This document shows positions 54,475-63,726 of a DNA stretch of 64,000 nucleotides, one piece after another. The position numbers and the translations under genes are program-made. Numbering within the stretch: position 1 is the stretch's first letter; each line of letters opens with the position of its first letter. Below the pieces are notes generated by a model. The model searched no databases. It saw nothing but the letters and a program-made list of their open reading frames with translations, and was not told the DNA's origin. Source of the stretch: a virus (lineage: Duplodnaviria; Caudoviricetes). The DNA is taken from the IMG/VR virus record IMGVR_UViG_3300037418_002791, positions 1-64,000 of that record; one strand, 5' to 3'.

Positions 54475-55253
54475 ACAAGCACAGCACCGAAGAGTGCCGA
54501 CAGATCGCCCTCGACGGCGAGATCCTGCGTACCCAGGTCGGTTCCGGCCTGCACGGCGTGACCACCGGCGACGACGACCGCGACGAGATGGGCGTGACGA
54601 TCGAGCCGCCGGCCTACGTCATCGGCAACGCGGCATTCGAGCAGTACATCTTCCGGACGCAGCCTGAGGGCGTGCGCTCCGGCAAGGGCGACCTGGATCT
54701 GACGATCTACAGCCTGCGCAAGTGGGCCCGGCTCGCGGCGCAGGGCAATCCCACGGTCCTGCTGCTGCTGTACGTGCCGTACGAAGAGATCGTCTATCGC
54801 GACGACACCGGCTACGACCTTCAGCAACGCTCCGATATGTTCCTGTCGCGGCAGGTGGCCCGGCGGTTCGCGGGATACCTTGTGTCGCAGCGTGACCAGA
54901 TGCTTGGATTGAAGTCGAAGAAGCACACCAACCGACCCGAGCTGGTCGGCGTGCACGGCTTCGACACCAAGTTCGCCTATCACATGGTCCGCCTCGGCCT
55001 TCAGGGTTTGGAGCTGCTGACCACAGGCAAGATCACGCTGCCGATGCCGGCACCTGACCGGGCGTGGCTTACCGATCTGCGCAACGGCAAGCACTCCAAG
55101 GAAGAAGCGCTGGATGTGGCCGGCGAACTGCTCGACGAACTCAACCGCCTCGCCGATCACGCCGATCTCCCGGAGTACCCGAATCAGCGGCGCATCGATC
55201 GGTGGCTCACCGGTGCGTACACCGAGAACTGGGTGAATCGAGCGCTGATCTGA
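54471..55253 (+). CDS. nucleotidyltransferase, RlaP/YcgL-like family
   Basis: VGSGLHG..DDRDEMGV; YSLRKWARLA.QGNP; DTKFAYHMVRL. Confidence 0.85.
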   Translation: MNKHSTEECRQIALDGEILRTQVGSGLHGVTTGDDDRDEMGVTIEPPAYVIGNAAFEQYIFRTQPEGVRSGKGDLDLTIYSLRKWARLAAQGNPTVLLLLYVPYEEIVYRDDTGYDLQQRSDMFLSRQVARRFAGYLVSQRDQMLGLKSKKHTNRPELVGVHGFDTKFAYHMVRLGLQGLELLTTGKITLPMPAPDRAWLTDLRNGKHSKEEALDVAGELLDELNRLADHADLPEYPNQRRIDRWLTGAYTENWVNRALI

Positions 55254-55411
55254 TGAGCGATCCAGTTTGGAAAGACATCCTCTACACCGTCGGGTTCGAC
55301 GACGAGGAGATCGACGAGATCGAGAAGGTCGGCCGCGGATACGAGGGCGGCGTTCAGACGCTCATCTGGGCGGCCATCGATCGTCAGGTCTGGGGTAGTG
55401 AAGATGGCTGA
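55253..55411 (+). CDS. hypothetical protein
   Basis: TGATG coupling. Confidence 0.45.
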   Translation: MSDPVWKDILYTVGFDDEEIDEIEKVGRGYEGGVQTLIWAAIDRQVWGSEDG

Positions 55412-55643
55412 CATCAATCTCATCCTGATGGACAACCGCCATGACGGCTTCGACTGTGACGCCCACCTGGGCCCGTTCTTGACCAGCCTCAAGCGCTGGC
55501 ACGACGCCACAGCCCGCCGCGAGATCGAGATGCGCGGTCGCCGGCCCGATGGCTACCTCGACGACATCCCCGAGGATGAGGAGCCCGAGGGCAATTCGTG
55601 GTGGATGTTCAACCCGTTCGCCAATCTTCGGTGGCCGCTGTAG
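55398..55643 (+). CDS. hypothetical protein
   Basis: Overlapping operon ORF. Confidence 0.5.
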   Translation: MKMADINLILMDNRHDGFDCDAHLGPFLTSLKRWHDATARREIEMRGRRPDGYLDDIPEDEEPEGNSWWMFNPFANLRWPL

Positions 55644-55828
55644 TCCGGTGCATCGCCACCGGTCTTCCTGTTCATTGGTGCTCACATTGCCGCGGTGAGG
55701 CTTTCGCGATAGCCGCTGCCGATGGCACCTGCCCGCGCTGCCTCGATTCTTGGCACGCCGGCGATATCACCGGATTCACAACCGATGGCGATGAAGTCTG
55801 CGAAATCTGCTTTCTCTCAATCGATTAA
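55598..55828 (+). CDS. Zn-finger protein
   Basis: CSHC..CPRC..CEIC; start uncertain. Confidence 0.45.
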   Translation: MVDVQPVRQSSVAAVVRCIATGLPVHWCSHCRGEAFAIAAADGTCPRCLDSWHAGDITGFTTDGDEVCEICFLSID

Positions 55829-55838
55829 GGAATTTGTC

Positions 55839-56069
55839 ATGCCCGAATACACCGTCCATCTCCAGCAGAACGCCAGCACCGCGGTGAAGGTCGAAGCCGA
55901 CGACCCGGAAGACGCTCTCGAATTGGCGTGGCAGGACACCCCGGGCGGGCTGTGCGCCCAGTGCTCGGGCTGGGGCAACCCGCCCGGCATCGACCTCGCC
56001 GGCGAATGGGAGCCCTACGAGGTGGTCGACGCCGAGGGCAACACCGTCTGGTCGGAGCGAATCGAATGA
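55839..56069 (+). CDS. hypothetical protein
   Basis: RBS AAGGA; GLCAQCSGWG. Confidence 0.65.
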   Translation: MPEYTVHLQQNASTAVKVEADDPEDALELAWQDTPGGLCAQCSGWGNPPGIDLAGEWEPYEVVDAEGNTVWSERIE

Positions 56070-56311
56070 CCGTGATCATCTGGGCGGCAGCGATTCTCGT
56101 CTACGCCGTGTTCTACGTGCTGACAGCGCGACTGTTCTTCCGGAAGGTCGGCCTTGGCTCGACGCTCCAGGAAGATGCCGTTACGGCGATGTTCGCAGCC
56201 GTCATATGGCCCATCGTCCTGCCGGTTCTCGTGATCGTCTACGGGACCGACGGTGCGGGCCCGATCGCCTGGTTCGCGCGACTGCTGCAGCGCGGCAATG
56301 GCATCGACTGA
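56066..56311 (+). CDS. 2-TM membrane protein
   Basis: Two hydrophobic helices; WPIVL. Confidence 0.6.
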   Translation: MTVIIWAAAILVYAVFYVLTARLFFRKVGLGSTLQEDAVTAMFAAVIWPIVLPVLVIVYGTDGAGPIAWFARLLQRGNGID

Positions 56312-56570
56312 ACGCCGATTCGAGGCGAACACCGATTGCCCGAAGTGCGGACACCTTGCGGTGCACTGGCTTCGGGCACCTCGGCCGATGTCGGCGGAGG
56401 AATACGAACACGCCTACGCAATGTGGCAAATCGAGAACACCATCGACGTGATGGCCTGGGGCACCGGCGTTGTGCGAGAGATCCGCGCGACACCGATGCC
56501 GCCATATGAGCCTGCATTCGAAGTAATCCGCACGTGCGTCCGATGCGCGCAAACCTGGGGTGAAATATGA
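56298..56570 (+). CDS. Zn-finger protein
   Basis: CPKCGH..CVRC.QTW. Confidence 0.6.
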   Translation: MASTERRFEANTDCPKCGHLAVHWLRAPRPMSAEEYEHAYAMWQIENTIDVMAWGTGVVREIRATPMPPYEPAFEVIRTCVRCAQTWGEI

Positions 56571-56773
56571 CCGTCCAAGATCTGATCGTCTATCTGACCG
56601 GTTTCTCCGGCAATACGCCCGTGATCCTCTCGAAAGACGCCGAGGGTAACGGATTCTCGCCTCTGGACGTCGCGGAGACGAGCTACTACGTGGCCGACAC
56701 TTCGTACGCCGGAGAACTCGATGAGTACGGCCGTCACGGCGAATTCGCCATCGTCCTGTGGCCGGTGAACTGA
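56567..56773 (+). CDS. hypothetical protein
   Basis: MTVQDLI..VILSKDAEGNGFSPL..IVLWP. Confidence 0.65.
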   Translation: MTVQDLIVYLTGFSGNTPVILSKDAEGNGFSPLDVAETSYYVADTSYAGELDEYGRHGEFAIVLWPVN

Positions 56774-57105
56774 TGAACTTCGGCGACATCGACTACGACG
56801 AGTTCACATCGCCCATCCGGACCACCGAGGGCTGGGACGGACGCATCGAATCCAAGCTCGAGACCATCAAGCACATCCGCGATGGCTACCCGCTCATTCC
56901 GAACCCGCCGGCGCACTGGCTCGAGGAGAAGGTGATCGGCCGGCGCGACCTGCTGTACATCACCGATCCATCCGGCCGCGAGCACTTCATCGGCGAGGTC
57001 AAGAAGATCACGCGGACCGACATCATGCCCGAGGGCCCGGAAACCATCTACACGGTGAATCAGCGCAAGCCGATCGGCTACGAAATCAGCTGGGAGACAC
57101 GGTGA
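56773..57105 (+). CDS. hypothetical protein
   Basis: TGATG coupling. Confidence 0.55.
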   Translation: MNFGDIDYDEFTSPIRTTEGWDGRIESKLETIKHIRDGYPLIPNPPAHWLEEKVIGRRDLLYITDPSGREHFIGEVKKITRTDIMPEGPETIYTVNQRKPIGYEISWETR

Positions 57106-57214
57106 GCCTGAAGTTTCGAGTCATCGACAAGATCGACGCCTTCATGCATCGACTCGGATGGTGTCCGCGGTGGCTGTGCGACTACTTCGACTATCTGATC
57201 ACCGGGGAGAAGCT

Positions 57215-57544
57215 ATGAACCGTAGTGAAGCCATCGACGAGGTAATCGGCTACCTCGACCGCATCGAGGGCGAATGGGGCAGCAGCGGATCTACCGACGA
57301 CGAGGTGGCCGAGGTGCTATCAGCGCTGGGTGTCACCGAGGACGAGTTGGTGGCGCACAACGTCATTCGCAGGGGCTACTGGTACGAGCGATATTTGGAA
57401 GTCGCCGGCCTGGTCGCCCACGGAATGTCTCTTCCGACGGTCGCTCAGAACATTGCCACGAGTCTCGCGCACAACCGTCCGGAGGAGTCGAAGTTGCGCA
57501 ACCGCATCTTCGACAACATCCGCAGCGGGGTGTACGGCAAGTGA
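57215..57544 (+). CDS. hypothetical protein
   Basis: RBS GGGGAG. Confidence 0.55.
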   Translation: MNRSEAIDEVIGYLDRIEGEWGSSGSTDDEVAEVLSALGVTEDELVAHNVIRRGYWYERYLEVAGLVAHGMSLPTVAQNIATSLAHNRPEESKLRNRIFDNIRSGVYGK

Positions 57545-57669
57545 GCCTCCGTTGTGATCGCTGCGGCAAATTCACCCGCTACCTCAACGCGATCTGGTGC
57601 AACCCGCCGGAACGCGGCATCGCCGACGAGGTGTGCGACAAGTGCTATTGGAAAGATCCGCAATGCTGA
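57541..57669 (+). CDS. micro Zn-finger protein
   Basis: CDRCGK..CDKC. Confidence 0.45.
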   Translation: MSLRCDRCGKFTRYLNAIWCNPPERGIADEVCDKCYWKDPQC

Positions 57670-57833
57670 AAAAGTACGTCATTCGCAAGCAAGGCAGCGC
57701 CTTCTTCCCGTGGGTCGTGATGACTCCCGGCGGGACCTTTCACTTCCAACCCACTTTCGAGCACGCCATCGATGTCGTCGATCACCTGCTCGGACACCAT
57801 CACGCGCGTCGCCGCGCAGAACAGAAGGGCTGA
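57663..57833 (+). CDS. hypothetical protein
   Basis: Coupled ORF. Confidence 0.5.
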   Translation: MLKKYVIRKQGSAFFPWVVMTPGGTFHFQPTFEHAIDVVDHLLGHHHARRRAEQKG

Positions 57834-57836
57834 CAC

Positions 57837-58178
57837 ATGAACAAGACGCAGCGCGTGCTCACCGGCGCACTCAACCTGCTCAACGGCGGCGAGAACTGGC
57901 TCAAGGGTCGGTATCACGATGGCGAGGATCTGGCCGACCCGTTGGGCGGCACCTGCTACTGCACGATCGGCGCCGTGGATCACGTCAACACCGTGGCGCA
58001 TCTGCACGACCCTGAGGCGCGCGAGACCGTATTCGCCGAGGCATTCGAGCGGCTGGACCGAGCGGCCATGGAGATGGGCTTTCGCTCCGCGGTGCGGCTG
58101 AACGATCACGAGAGCACCGAATTCCCGTTGGTGCGCGAGATGTTCACCAAGGCAATCGAATTGGCGGCCCTCAAGTGA
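57837..58178 (+). CDS. hypothetical protein, paralogue family B
   Basis: NWLKG..CYCTIGAV..LND..TEFPLVREMFTKAIELAA. Confidence 0.7.
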   Translation: MNKTQRVLTGALNLLNGGENWLKGRYHDGEDLADPLGGTCYCTIGAVDHVNTVAHLHDPEARETVFAEAFERLDRAAMEMGFRSAVRLNDHESTEFPLVREMFTKAIELAALK

Positions 58179-58477
58179 ACGAGACGCAGCGCATCCTGGC
58201 CGACGCCCTCGACCTGCTCAACGGTGGCCAGAACTGGATCAAGGGTGCCTACTCCGACTGGTCCGATGGCAAGCGGAGCTACTGCTCGCTCGGCGCGGTC
58301 GATGCGGCGCTCTACCGCTTGCGCGACTACTCCAGCAATCCATGGCTACCCCTGACCGAAGCGGCAATCGCTGTCGCTAACCGGTCGGTTGTCGGACTGA
58401 ACGACGATGACGACACCGAGTTCCCGTTGATCGAGCAGATGTTCACCAAGGCAATCGAACTAGCGGCCGGTGAGTGA
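58175..58477 (+). CDS. hypothetical protein, paralogue family B
   Basis: NWIKG..YCSLGAV..LND..TEFPLIEQMFTKAIELAA. Confidence 0.7.
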   Translation: MNETQRILADALDLLNGGQNWIKGAYSDWSDGKRSYCSLGAVDAALYRLRDYSSNPWLPLTEAAIAVANRSVVGLNDDDDTEFPLIEQMFTKAIELAAGE

Positions 58478-58581
58478 TCCGGCCGTCATCGGCATCGTGT
58501 TCGCCGGCGCGGTGATCGCTATCGGAGCGTCGCTCGGGGCGGTGAGTTTGTTGCGGCTGCTGGATTGGTTCATGGCGAGGA

Positions 58582-61023
58582 ATGACGAGGAGTGAAGTGT
58601 CCGGCTACGCAGAATGGGCACCGCGGTATTGGGATCTGGGATGGAAAGCGCCGCTGCCGATCGCTCCCAACAGCAAAGGGCCCTGCCCGGAGGGGTGGAC
58701 CGGATACGGCGGCAAATGGCCGAGCTACGCCGATGTCATGGCGTGGGCCGAGGATTCGCCGAACGCCTCCGTAGCGCTGCGGGTTCCGCCGGGTGTGGTG
58801 GGCATCGACGTCGACAACTACGTCAAGAACGGCAAGATGAAGCTGGGGGCGCGCACCCTCGCCCACGCCATCGACCTGTGGGGCGAACTGCCGCCGACCT
58901 GGGCGAGCACGTCACGCACCGACGGCATCAGCGGCATCCGGCTGTTCCGGGTGCCGGACAAGACCCGGCTGGTCACCAAGCTGGGGTTCGACCTGGGCGA
59001 CGGCACGCGAATCAGCGACATCGAGGTCATCCAGTGGTACCACCGCTACATGGTGGTCGGCCCGTCGGTGAACCCCGACACCGGCCGGCAGTACCAGTGG
59101 ATGACCACCGGCGATCTGATGTGGGCGGCCGAACCGCGCATCGAGGATCTGGCGTGGCTGCCACAGTCGTGGCTCGACGGGATGGCCGCACCCGAGGCCG
59201 AGGACGTCTCCGGAGTCGAGGTCGACGTGCCGGAGCTGCTGAAGTCGATGCCCGCGGGGCCGATGGACGCCTCGGTGCACGAACGCCTCGACGAGGCGAT
59301 CCGCGATCTCGACGACAGCGGCTCACGTCATGACACCACGCTGCAGCATGTGATGGCGCTGCTGCGCTTCGCCGAGCGCGGAGACATGGGTGTGCCGCGC
59401 GCGCTGAACATCTTGGCGAAGGCGTTCGCCGGCACGGTGAGCACCGATCGGCCCGGCGCCGAGGCCGAGTTCTGGCGGATGGTCACCAACCAGCGTGGGT
59501 GGCAGCTGCTTGCGCAGGACCCGAGCGAATCCAACGTCGAAGAGGTCGACCTCGAGGCGTTCAGTCGCGAGATCCAGGCGCGGCGCGAGAAGGGCGACGA
59601 GGAATGTTCGGGTAATTCGGATGTTCGGTTGACCGCCGAACATGGCAATAACCCGAACATCGCCGACGACTTCAGCACGTCGCACGCCTTGGCCGAAGCG
59701 GGGCCCGGGTGGCGTGACATCGCCTCGGCCAACGGATTCGACTCTGACGACGAACCGGAGGCCGGCGAGGTCGATCCGTTCGAAGAGTTCTGGTTCACCC
59801 GCCCGGTACTCGAGCAGATCCGGCAATGGGCGTTCGCGCGGATGTGCTCGCCGTGGGCGGTGCTGGGCGTGGTGCTCGCTCGCACACTCGCCACGGTCCC
59901 GCCGTGGGTGACGCTGCCTCCGCTGATCGGCGGCAAGGGCTCGCTCAACTTCTTCGTCGCGCTTGTCGGGCGAAGTGGCGGAGGCAAAGGCGCGGCCGAA
60001 TCGTGTGCGGCCGAGGTGCTGCCGGTGGAGGTCTACACCGTGCCGGCGGGATCGGGCGAGGGACTGGCGCACCAGTACGCGCACATGGAGAAGGGCTCGC
60101 AGGTCATCGACCGGACGAGTGTGTTGTTCTCGGTGCCCGAGGTCGACACACTCAACGCCCTCGGCGGGCGGACCGGCTCGACGATCATGAGCAAGTTGCG
60201 CGAGGCGTTCTCCGGCGAAGAACTCGGGTTCGGGTACGCCGATGCGGCCAAGCGCATTCGGTTGGGCAAGCACGGCTACCGGCTGTGCATGGTGGTGGGC
60301 GTGCAGCCGACGCGGGCCGGCTCGCTGCTCTCGGATGCCGCAGGCGGTACTCCGCAGCGGTTCGTCTGGCTGCCGGCGACCGACCCCGCGATCACGCTGC
60401 ACGGCCGTCCCGACGTCCCGGCGCCGGTGCACATCTACGAGGAGCGGCACTGGGCCGGCGGCCCGACGACGATCCGGATACCGGCCGAGGCGCGTGAGGA
60501 GATTCTGCAAGCGCACGTCGATCGGCAGCAGGGAAAAGGCGACGCACTCGACGGGCACGCATTGTTTGTGCGCGAGAAAGTGGCCTTCGCGCTGGCGGTC
60601 CTCGACAACAGGGAATATGTCGACGAGGACGACTGGTATTTGTCGGGAATCGTTATGGAAATGTCGAATTCTACCCGCGAACAAATCGAATTCGAATTGC
60701 GCAAAGTCGCAATGAAGGAAGACGAGGATCGCGGGCAGTCCATCGGCCGGCAGCGGGCGGTGGCGGACGAGGTTGTCAATTCCAAGAAAATCCAAACCGT
60801 GTCCGACGGAATTGTCCGTGCGCTGCTGCGCGGAGTCGACAATCTCTACGAGGTTCGCAAGTCGATCTGGTCCAAGAACCGCGACTGGTTCGAGGACGCG
60901 ATGCGCGACCTGATCGCCTCGGGGATGGTCGTTGTCGAGGAGGGTCGAGTCACCCTGACTCAACTTGGACAGTTGTCCACAACGCAGTCGGGCGTGTCGC
61001 CCAAACCGAAGGCCGGTGCGTAG
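58582..61023 (+). CDS. bifunctional primase/polymerase fused to an NTPase/helicase domain
   Basis: K.PC..GW, VVGIDVD, T..GG-like SRTDG..LFR, YMVVGPS; Walker A GRSGGGKG; LREAFSGE. Confidence 0.9.
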   Translation: MTRSEVSGYAEWAPRYWDLGWKAPLPIAPNSKGPCPEGWTGYGGKWPSYADVMAWAEDSPNASVALRVPPGVVGIDVDNYVKNGKMKLGARTLAHAIDLWGELPPTWASTSRTDGISGIRLFRVPDKTRLVTKLGFDLGDGTRISDIEVIQWYHRYMVVGPSVNPDTGRQYQWMTTGDLMWAAEPRIEDLAWLPQSWLDGMAAPEAEDVSGVEVDVPELLKSMPAGPMDASVHERLDEAIRDLDDSGSRHDTTLQHVMALLRFAERGDMGVPRALNILAKAFAGTVSTDRPGAEAEFWRMVTNQRGWQLLAQDPSESNVEEVDLEAFSREIQARREKGDEECSGNSDVRLTAEHGNNPNIADDFSTSHALAEAGPGWRDIASANGFDSDDEPEAGEVDPFEEFWFTRPVLEQIRQWAFARMCSPWAVLGVVLARTLATVPPWVTLPPLIGGKGSLNFFVALVGRSGGGKGAAESCAAEVLPVEVYTVPAGSGEGLAHQYAHMEKGSQVIDRTSVLFSVPEVDTLNALGGRTGSTIMSKLREAFSGEELGFGYADAAKRIRLGKHGYRLCMVVGVQPTRAGSLLSDAAGGTPQRFVWLPATDPAITLHGRPDVPAPVHIYEERHWAGGPTTIRIPAEAREEILQAHVDRQQGKGDALDGHALFVREKVAFALAVLDNREYVDEDDWYLSGIVMEMSNSTREQIEFELRKVAMKEDEDRGQSIGRQRAVADEVVNSKKIQTVSDGIVRALLRGVDNLYEVRKSIWSKNRDWFEDAMRDLIASGMVVVEEGRVTLTQLGQLSTTQSGVSPKPKAGA

Positions 61024-61088
61024 GCGCGCTCAGACGGCCGGAAAGCGCGATAGCTGATCGATAACCGGCGTCGCCGCGACATCGCCGG

Positions 61089-61405
61089 AAAAACCTCCAC
61101 CTCCACCCCGAACCTCCCCCAATGGTAGCGCTGTTCAGAGGCGATTTTTGGTGGGTGGAGGTGGAGGGTGGAGGTTTTCGGCGAAACACAAAATTTCGGG
61201 GAGACTAGTTAACGAAAAGCTAAGTAAGGTAAGGATATACTAACTAAAAATCTCTCTATATATACACGCGCGAAGCGGCTCGAAATTTTTTTGTCACGGG
61301 GAAAACCTCCACCCTCCACCTCCACCCCCCTAAAACCGCCTCTGACCTGCGGATCTATTGGGGGAGGTTGCACCTCCACCCCCCGATAAAACCTCCACCC
61401 TCCCC
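61089..61405. other. replication-origin-like element (copy 2)
   Basis: 26-bp perfect inverted repeat (61153-61178 / 61302-61327) plus extra ACCTCCACC iterons around an AT-rich core, directly after the primase gene. Confidence 0.7.
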
Positions 61406-61419
61406 AGGAGTGGGAAAAC

Positions 61420-61716
61420 ATGGCTGTCGTATGCCGCTGCGGGGTGCCGGTGATCCGTCTGTTGAGAGACGCGATGCCGCTCACCCTCGACGCGGACCCT
61501 ATCAATGAATTGGGCGAACTCGACGCATTGTTGCAGGGCGAAATCACCTATGCGATGTACGGGTCCAATGTCATCAAAAGAACGGTCCGCGAAATAGAAA
61601 CATATCCGAATCCGCTCGGCGGAAGTCTGTACCGCGCGCACGTCTGCCATCGGCCCGTGCCCGAGCCGCTGCGCAAGCGGTTCGATGGACAGTATGAAGG
61701 CGACCCCGGATTTTGA
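61420..61716 (+). CDS. hypothetical protein
   Basis: CRCG..LTLDADP..HVC. Confidence 0.55.
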   Translation: MAVVCRCGVPVIRLLRDAMPLTLDADPINELGELDALLQGEITYAMYGSNVIKRTVREIETYPNPLGGSLYRAHVCHRPVPEPLRKRFDGQYEGDPGF

Positions 61717-61755
61717 TCTTCCTTGTGTAAAAGAATCGGGAATTGAGAGAATTCG

Positions 61756-62019
61756 ATGAGTAAGAAAATAGGTCGCGGCGACTATGTGTGGATCGTCGAA
61801 TGTCGCAACGCGGATGACGACGAGTGGCTGATCGATCGGGCGTTCTCGTCGGCGAAGAAGGCCAAGCGCCACGTACTCGACTGTGAGGGCGGCGATGTGA
61901 CAATCACCGCTCACTTCTACGAGTACGACGGTCGCCGCGAAACCTACATGTTCCTCGGGCAGGTGGATGGGGAGGACTTCGATTCCTACCGAGTCCGGCG
62001 CTACCTGTTCGACGTCTGA
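61756..62019 (+). CDS. hypothetical protein
   Basis: Clean ORF with phage-like composition. Confidence 0.6.
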   Translation: MSKKIGRGDYVWIVECRNADDDEWLIDRAFSSAKKAKRHVLDCEGGDVTITAHFYEYDGRRETYMFLGQVDGEDFDSYRVRRYLFDV

Positions 62020-62031
62020 GAGAGCGCACAA

Positions 62032-62226
62032 GTGGATGAGTTGGAAATCCCCAAAGTCGGGGACGAGATGTATCACCTCGAGGCCGGCTGGGTTCGTATC
62101 GCGGCCGTGCGCTACTGGCCGGTGGTCTATTGCGAGTGCGTGACCGAGCGTGGAGGGCGGTTTTCCGCCGTGCTGTCGGCCCTGTGGGCGAACGAAACCG
62201 GTTTCTGGGACCTGGAGGCCGCCTGA
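62032..62226 (+). CDS. hypothetical protein
   Basis: RBS GAGAG. Confidence 0.5.
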   Translation: MDELEIPKVGDEMYHLEAGWVRIAAVRYWPVVYCECVTERGGRFSAVLSALWANETGFWDLEAA

Positions 62227-62227
62227 G

Positions 62228-62560
62228 ATGGTCGACACCCTGAATCGCGCGATACGCAAGGCGCGCAAGGCGCATGAATGCTCGATGTGCGGGCGCACCA
62301 TCGAGCCGGGCGAATCCTACGACTGGTCGAGCAACGTCTACGACGGCGACTTCTACGTCTGGAAGCAGTGCGCACACTGCGACGCCATGGTGCGCATCCT
62401 GAACCTGCACTACTGGGCCGCCTTCCCCGACGAGGGATTGGGCCCGGATGACGTCGGCGAGTTCGAGCCGGAGACGATCGCGCAGGCGCGGATCTTCATC
62501 GGCTGGAAAACCGGGTGGCGTCGCAAGGACGGCACTCTTCGCGAGGTGCCCGTTGCCTAA
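62228..62560 (+). CDS. Zn-finger protein
   Basis: RKARKAHECSMCGRTIEPGESY..CAHC. Confidence 0.7.
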   Translation: MVDTLNRAIRKARKAHECSMCGRTIEPGESYDWSSNVYDGDFYVWKQCAHCDAMVRILNLHYWAAFPDEGLGPDDVGEFEPETIAQARIFIGWKTGWRRKDGTLREVPVA

Positions 62561-62933
62561 CGCGAACAAGCGCAAGGGCGACACCTTCGAGCGGGTCATG
62601 CGCGACTTCTTTCGAATCGCCGGATTCCCCGGCGCGGAGCGCACAAAGGCCGGCTACGAACGCGACGCCGGAGACATCCACATGGACCCGGTGATCGGAG
62701 TCGGCCCGGGCGTCATCTGCCAATGCAAGAACGTCGTGACGCCGAAGTGGACCGAATGGCTCGCCGGCCTCGAGGAGCAGATCGCAGAGGCGCGGGCCGA
62801 TTTCGGATTCATCGCCTGGAAGCGCCGCGGGATCGGTCGACCCGAAGACCAGCTCGCAGTCATGTCCATGACCGAACTCGTCCGACTGCTCCGCGCGGCC
62901 GGATATGGAACACCACTCGAGGATGAACAGTGA
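62553..62933 (+). CDS. Holliday junction resolvase (Hjc/PD-(D/E)XK type)
   Basis: NKRKGDTFER..GD..ICQCKN..W. Confidence 0.75.
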   Translation: MPNANKRKGDTFERVMRDFFRIAGFPGAERTKAGYERDAGDIHMDPVIGVGPGVICQCKNVVTPKWTEWLAGLEEQIAEARADFGFIAWKRRGIGRPEDQLAVMSMTELVRLLRAAGYGTPLEDEQ

Positions 62934-63295
62934 ACGACGGAATCAGCCCGTACGCCTGGGAATGGGTGGCGCTCAAGGGTCTGAAAGATCGCATCTTCAT
63001 GAACGCCCTCAGCAAGGGGTGGCACGACGATCCGCGCTCCTTCGGCGACGACATCGCGTTGGCGCATTCCGAGCTGTCGGAAGCGCTCGAGGCATTCCGG
63101 GTGACCGGCGACGTGCGCAAAACCTGGTACGGCGACGACGGCAAACCCGAGGGCGTGGCCAGCGAATTGGCCGACGTGATCATTCGGGTTCTCGACACCG
63201 CCGAGAGTTTCAGCATCGACATCCTCGACGTGCTGTTCAAAAAGATCGAATACAACGAGACCAGGAGCTTCCGGCATGGCGGAAAGCACCTCTGA
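62930..63295 (+). CDS. MazG-like nucleotide pyrophosphohydrolase
   Basis: HSELSEALEA..ELADVIIRVLD..KIEYN. Confidence 0.85.
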   Translation: MNDGISPYAWEWVALKGLKDRIFMNALSKGWHDDPRSFGDDIALAHSELSEALEAFRVTGDVRKTWYGDDGKPEGVASELADVIIRVLDTAESFSIDILDVLFKKIEYNETRSFRHGGKHL

Positions 63296-63302
63296 GGCCG
63301 GC

Positions 63303-63485
63303 ATGAAGCTGATCGACGAGGACGGAATTCCCTACTACGCGCATTGGTCCGAAGAAGACGGAGAATGGGTCGGAACATGCCCGTTCTACCCGTCGCTGTC
63401 ATGGCTAGACCCGAAGCCGTCGGAAGCGCTCGAGGGGATCAAGCGTCTTGTCGCCGATGTGCGAGAGGATATCGGCGATGAGTGA
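63303..63485 (+). CDS. HicB-like antitoxin N-terminal domain (orphan)
   Basis: WSEEDGEWVGTCP.YPSLSWL...SEALEGI.RLV. Confidence 0.65.
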   Translation: MKLIDEDGIPYYAHWSEEDGEWVGTCPFYPSLSWLDPKPSEALEGIKRLVADVREDIGDE

Positions 63486-63726
63486 CATCTCCGACGCGAT
63501 CAAACGTGCGAAAGGCCGCCGGCGATCGGTCGCGTGCCTCACGAATGAATGGCTCGTCTCGCTGAGCGACGAGGACCGGACCGAACTGAGCGAGTTCGCC
63601 ATTGCCCACGTGGCATCGGCATTCAACATCGCCGTCGACCACGGGTTCGAATACGGCCGGTCGACGTGGACGCAGCATTTCAAGAACCAGTGCCCGTGCG
63701 GCAGGGAACGCCATGCAGCTGAGTGA
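63478..63726 (+). CDS. hypothetical protein
   Basis: AC..NEWL..L..EDR..HFKNQCPC. Confidence 0.6.
   Translation: MSDISDAIKRAKGRRRSVACLTNEWLVSLSDEDRTELSEFAIAHVASAFNIAVDHGFEYGRSTWTQHFKNQCPCGRERHAAE

Noticed and set aside
27979-61405. CRISPR array from the GGAGGT repeats or hairpin arrays; Cas4-like gene as a cas locus
   Set aside because: No identical repeats with unique spacers; the Cas4-like nuclease is a common stand-alone phage recombination exonuclease
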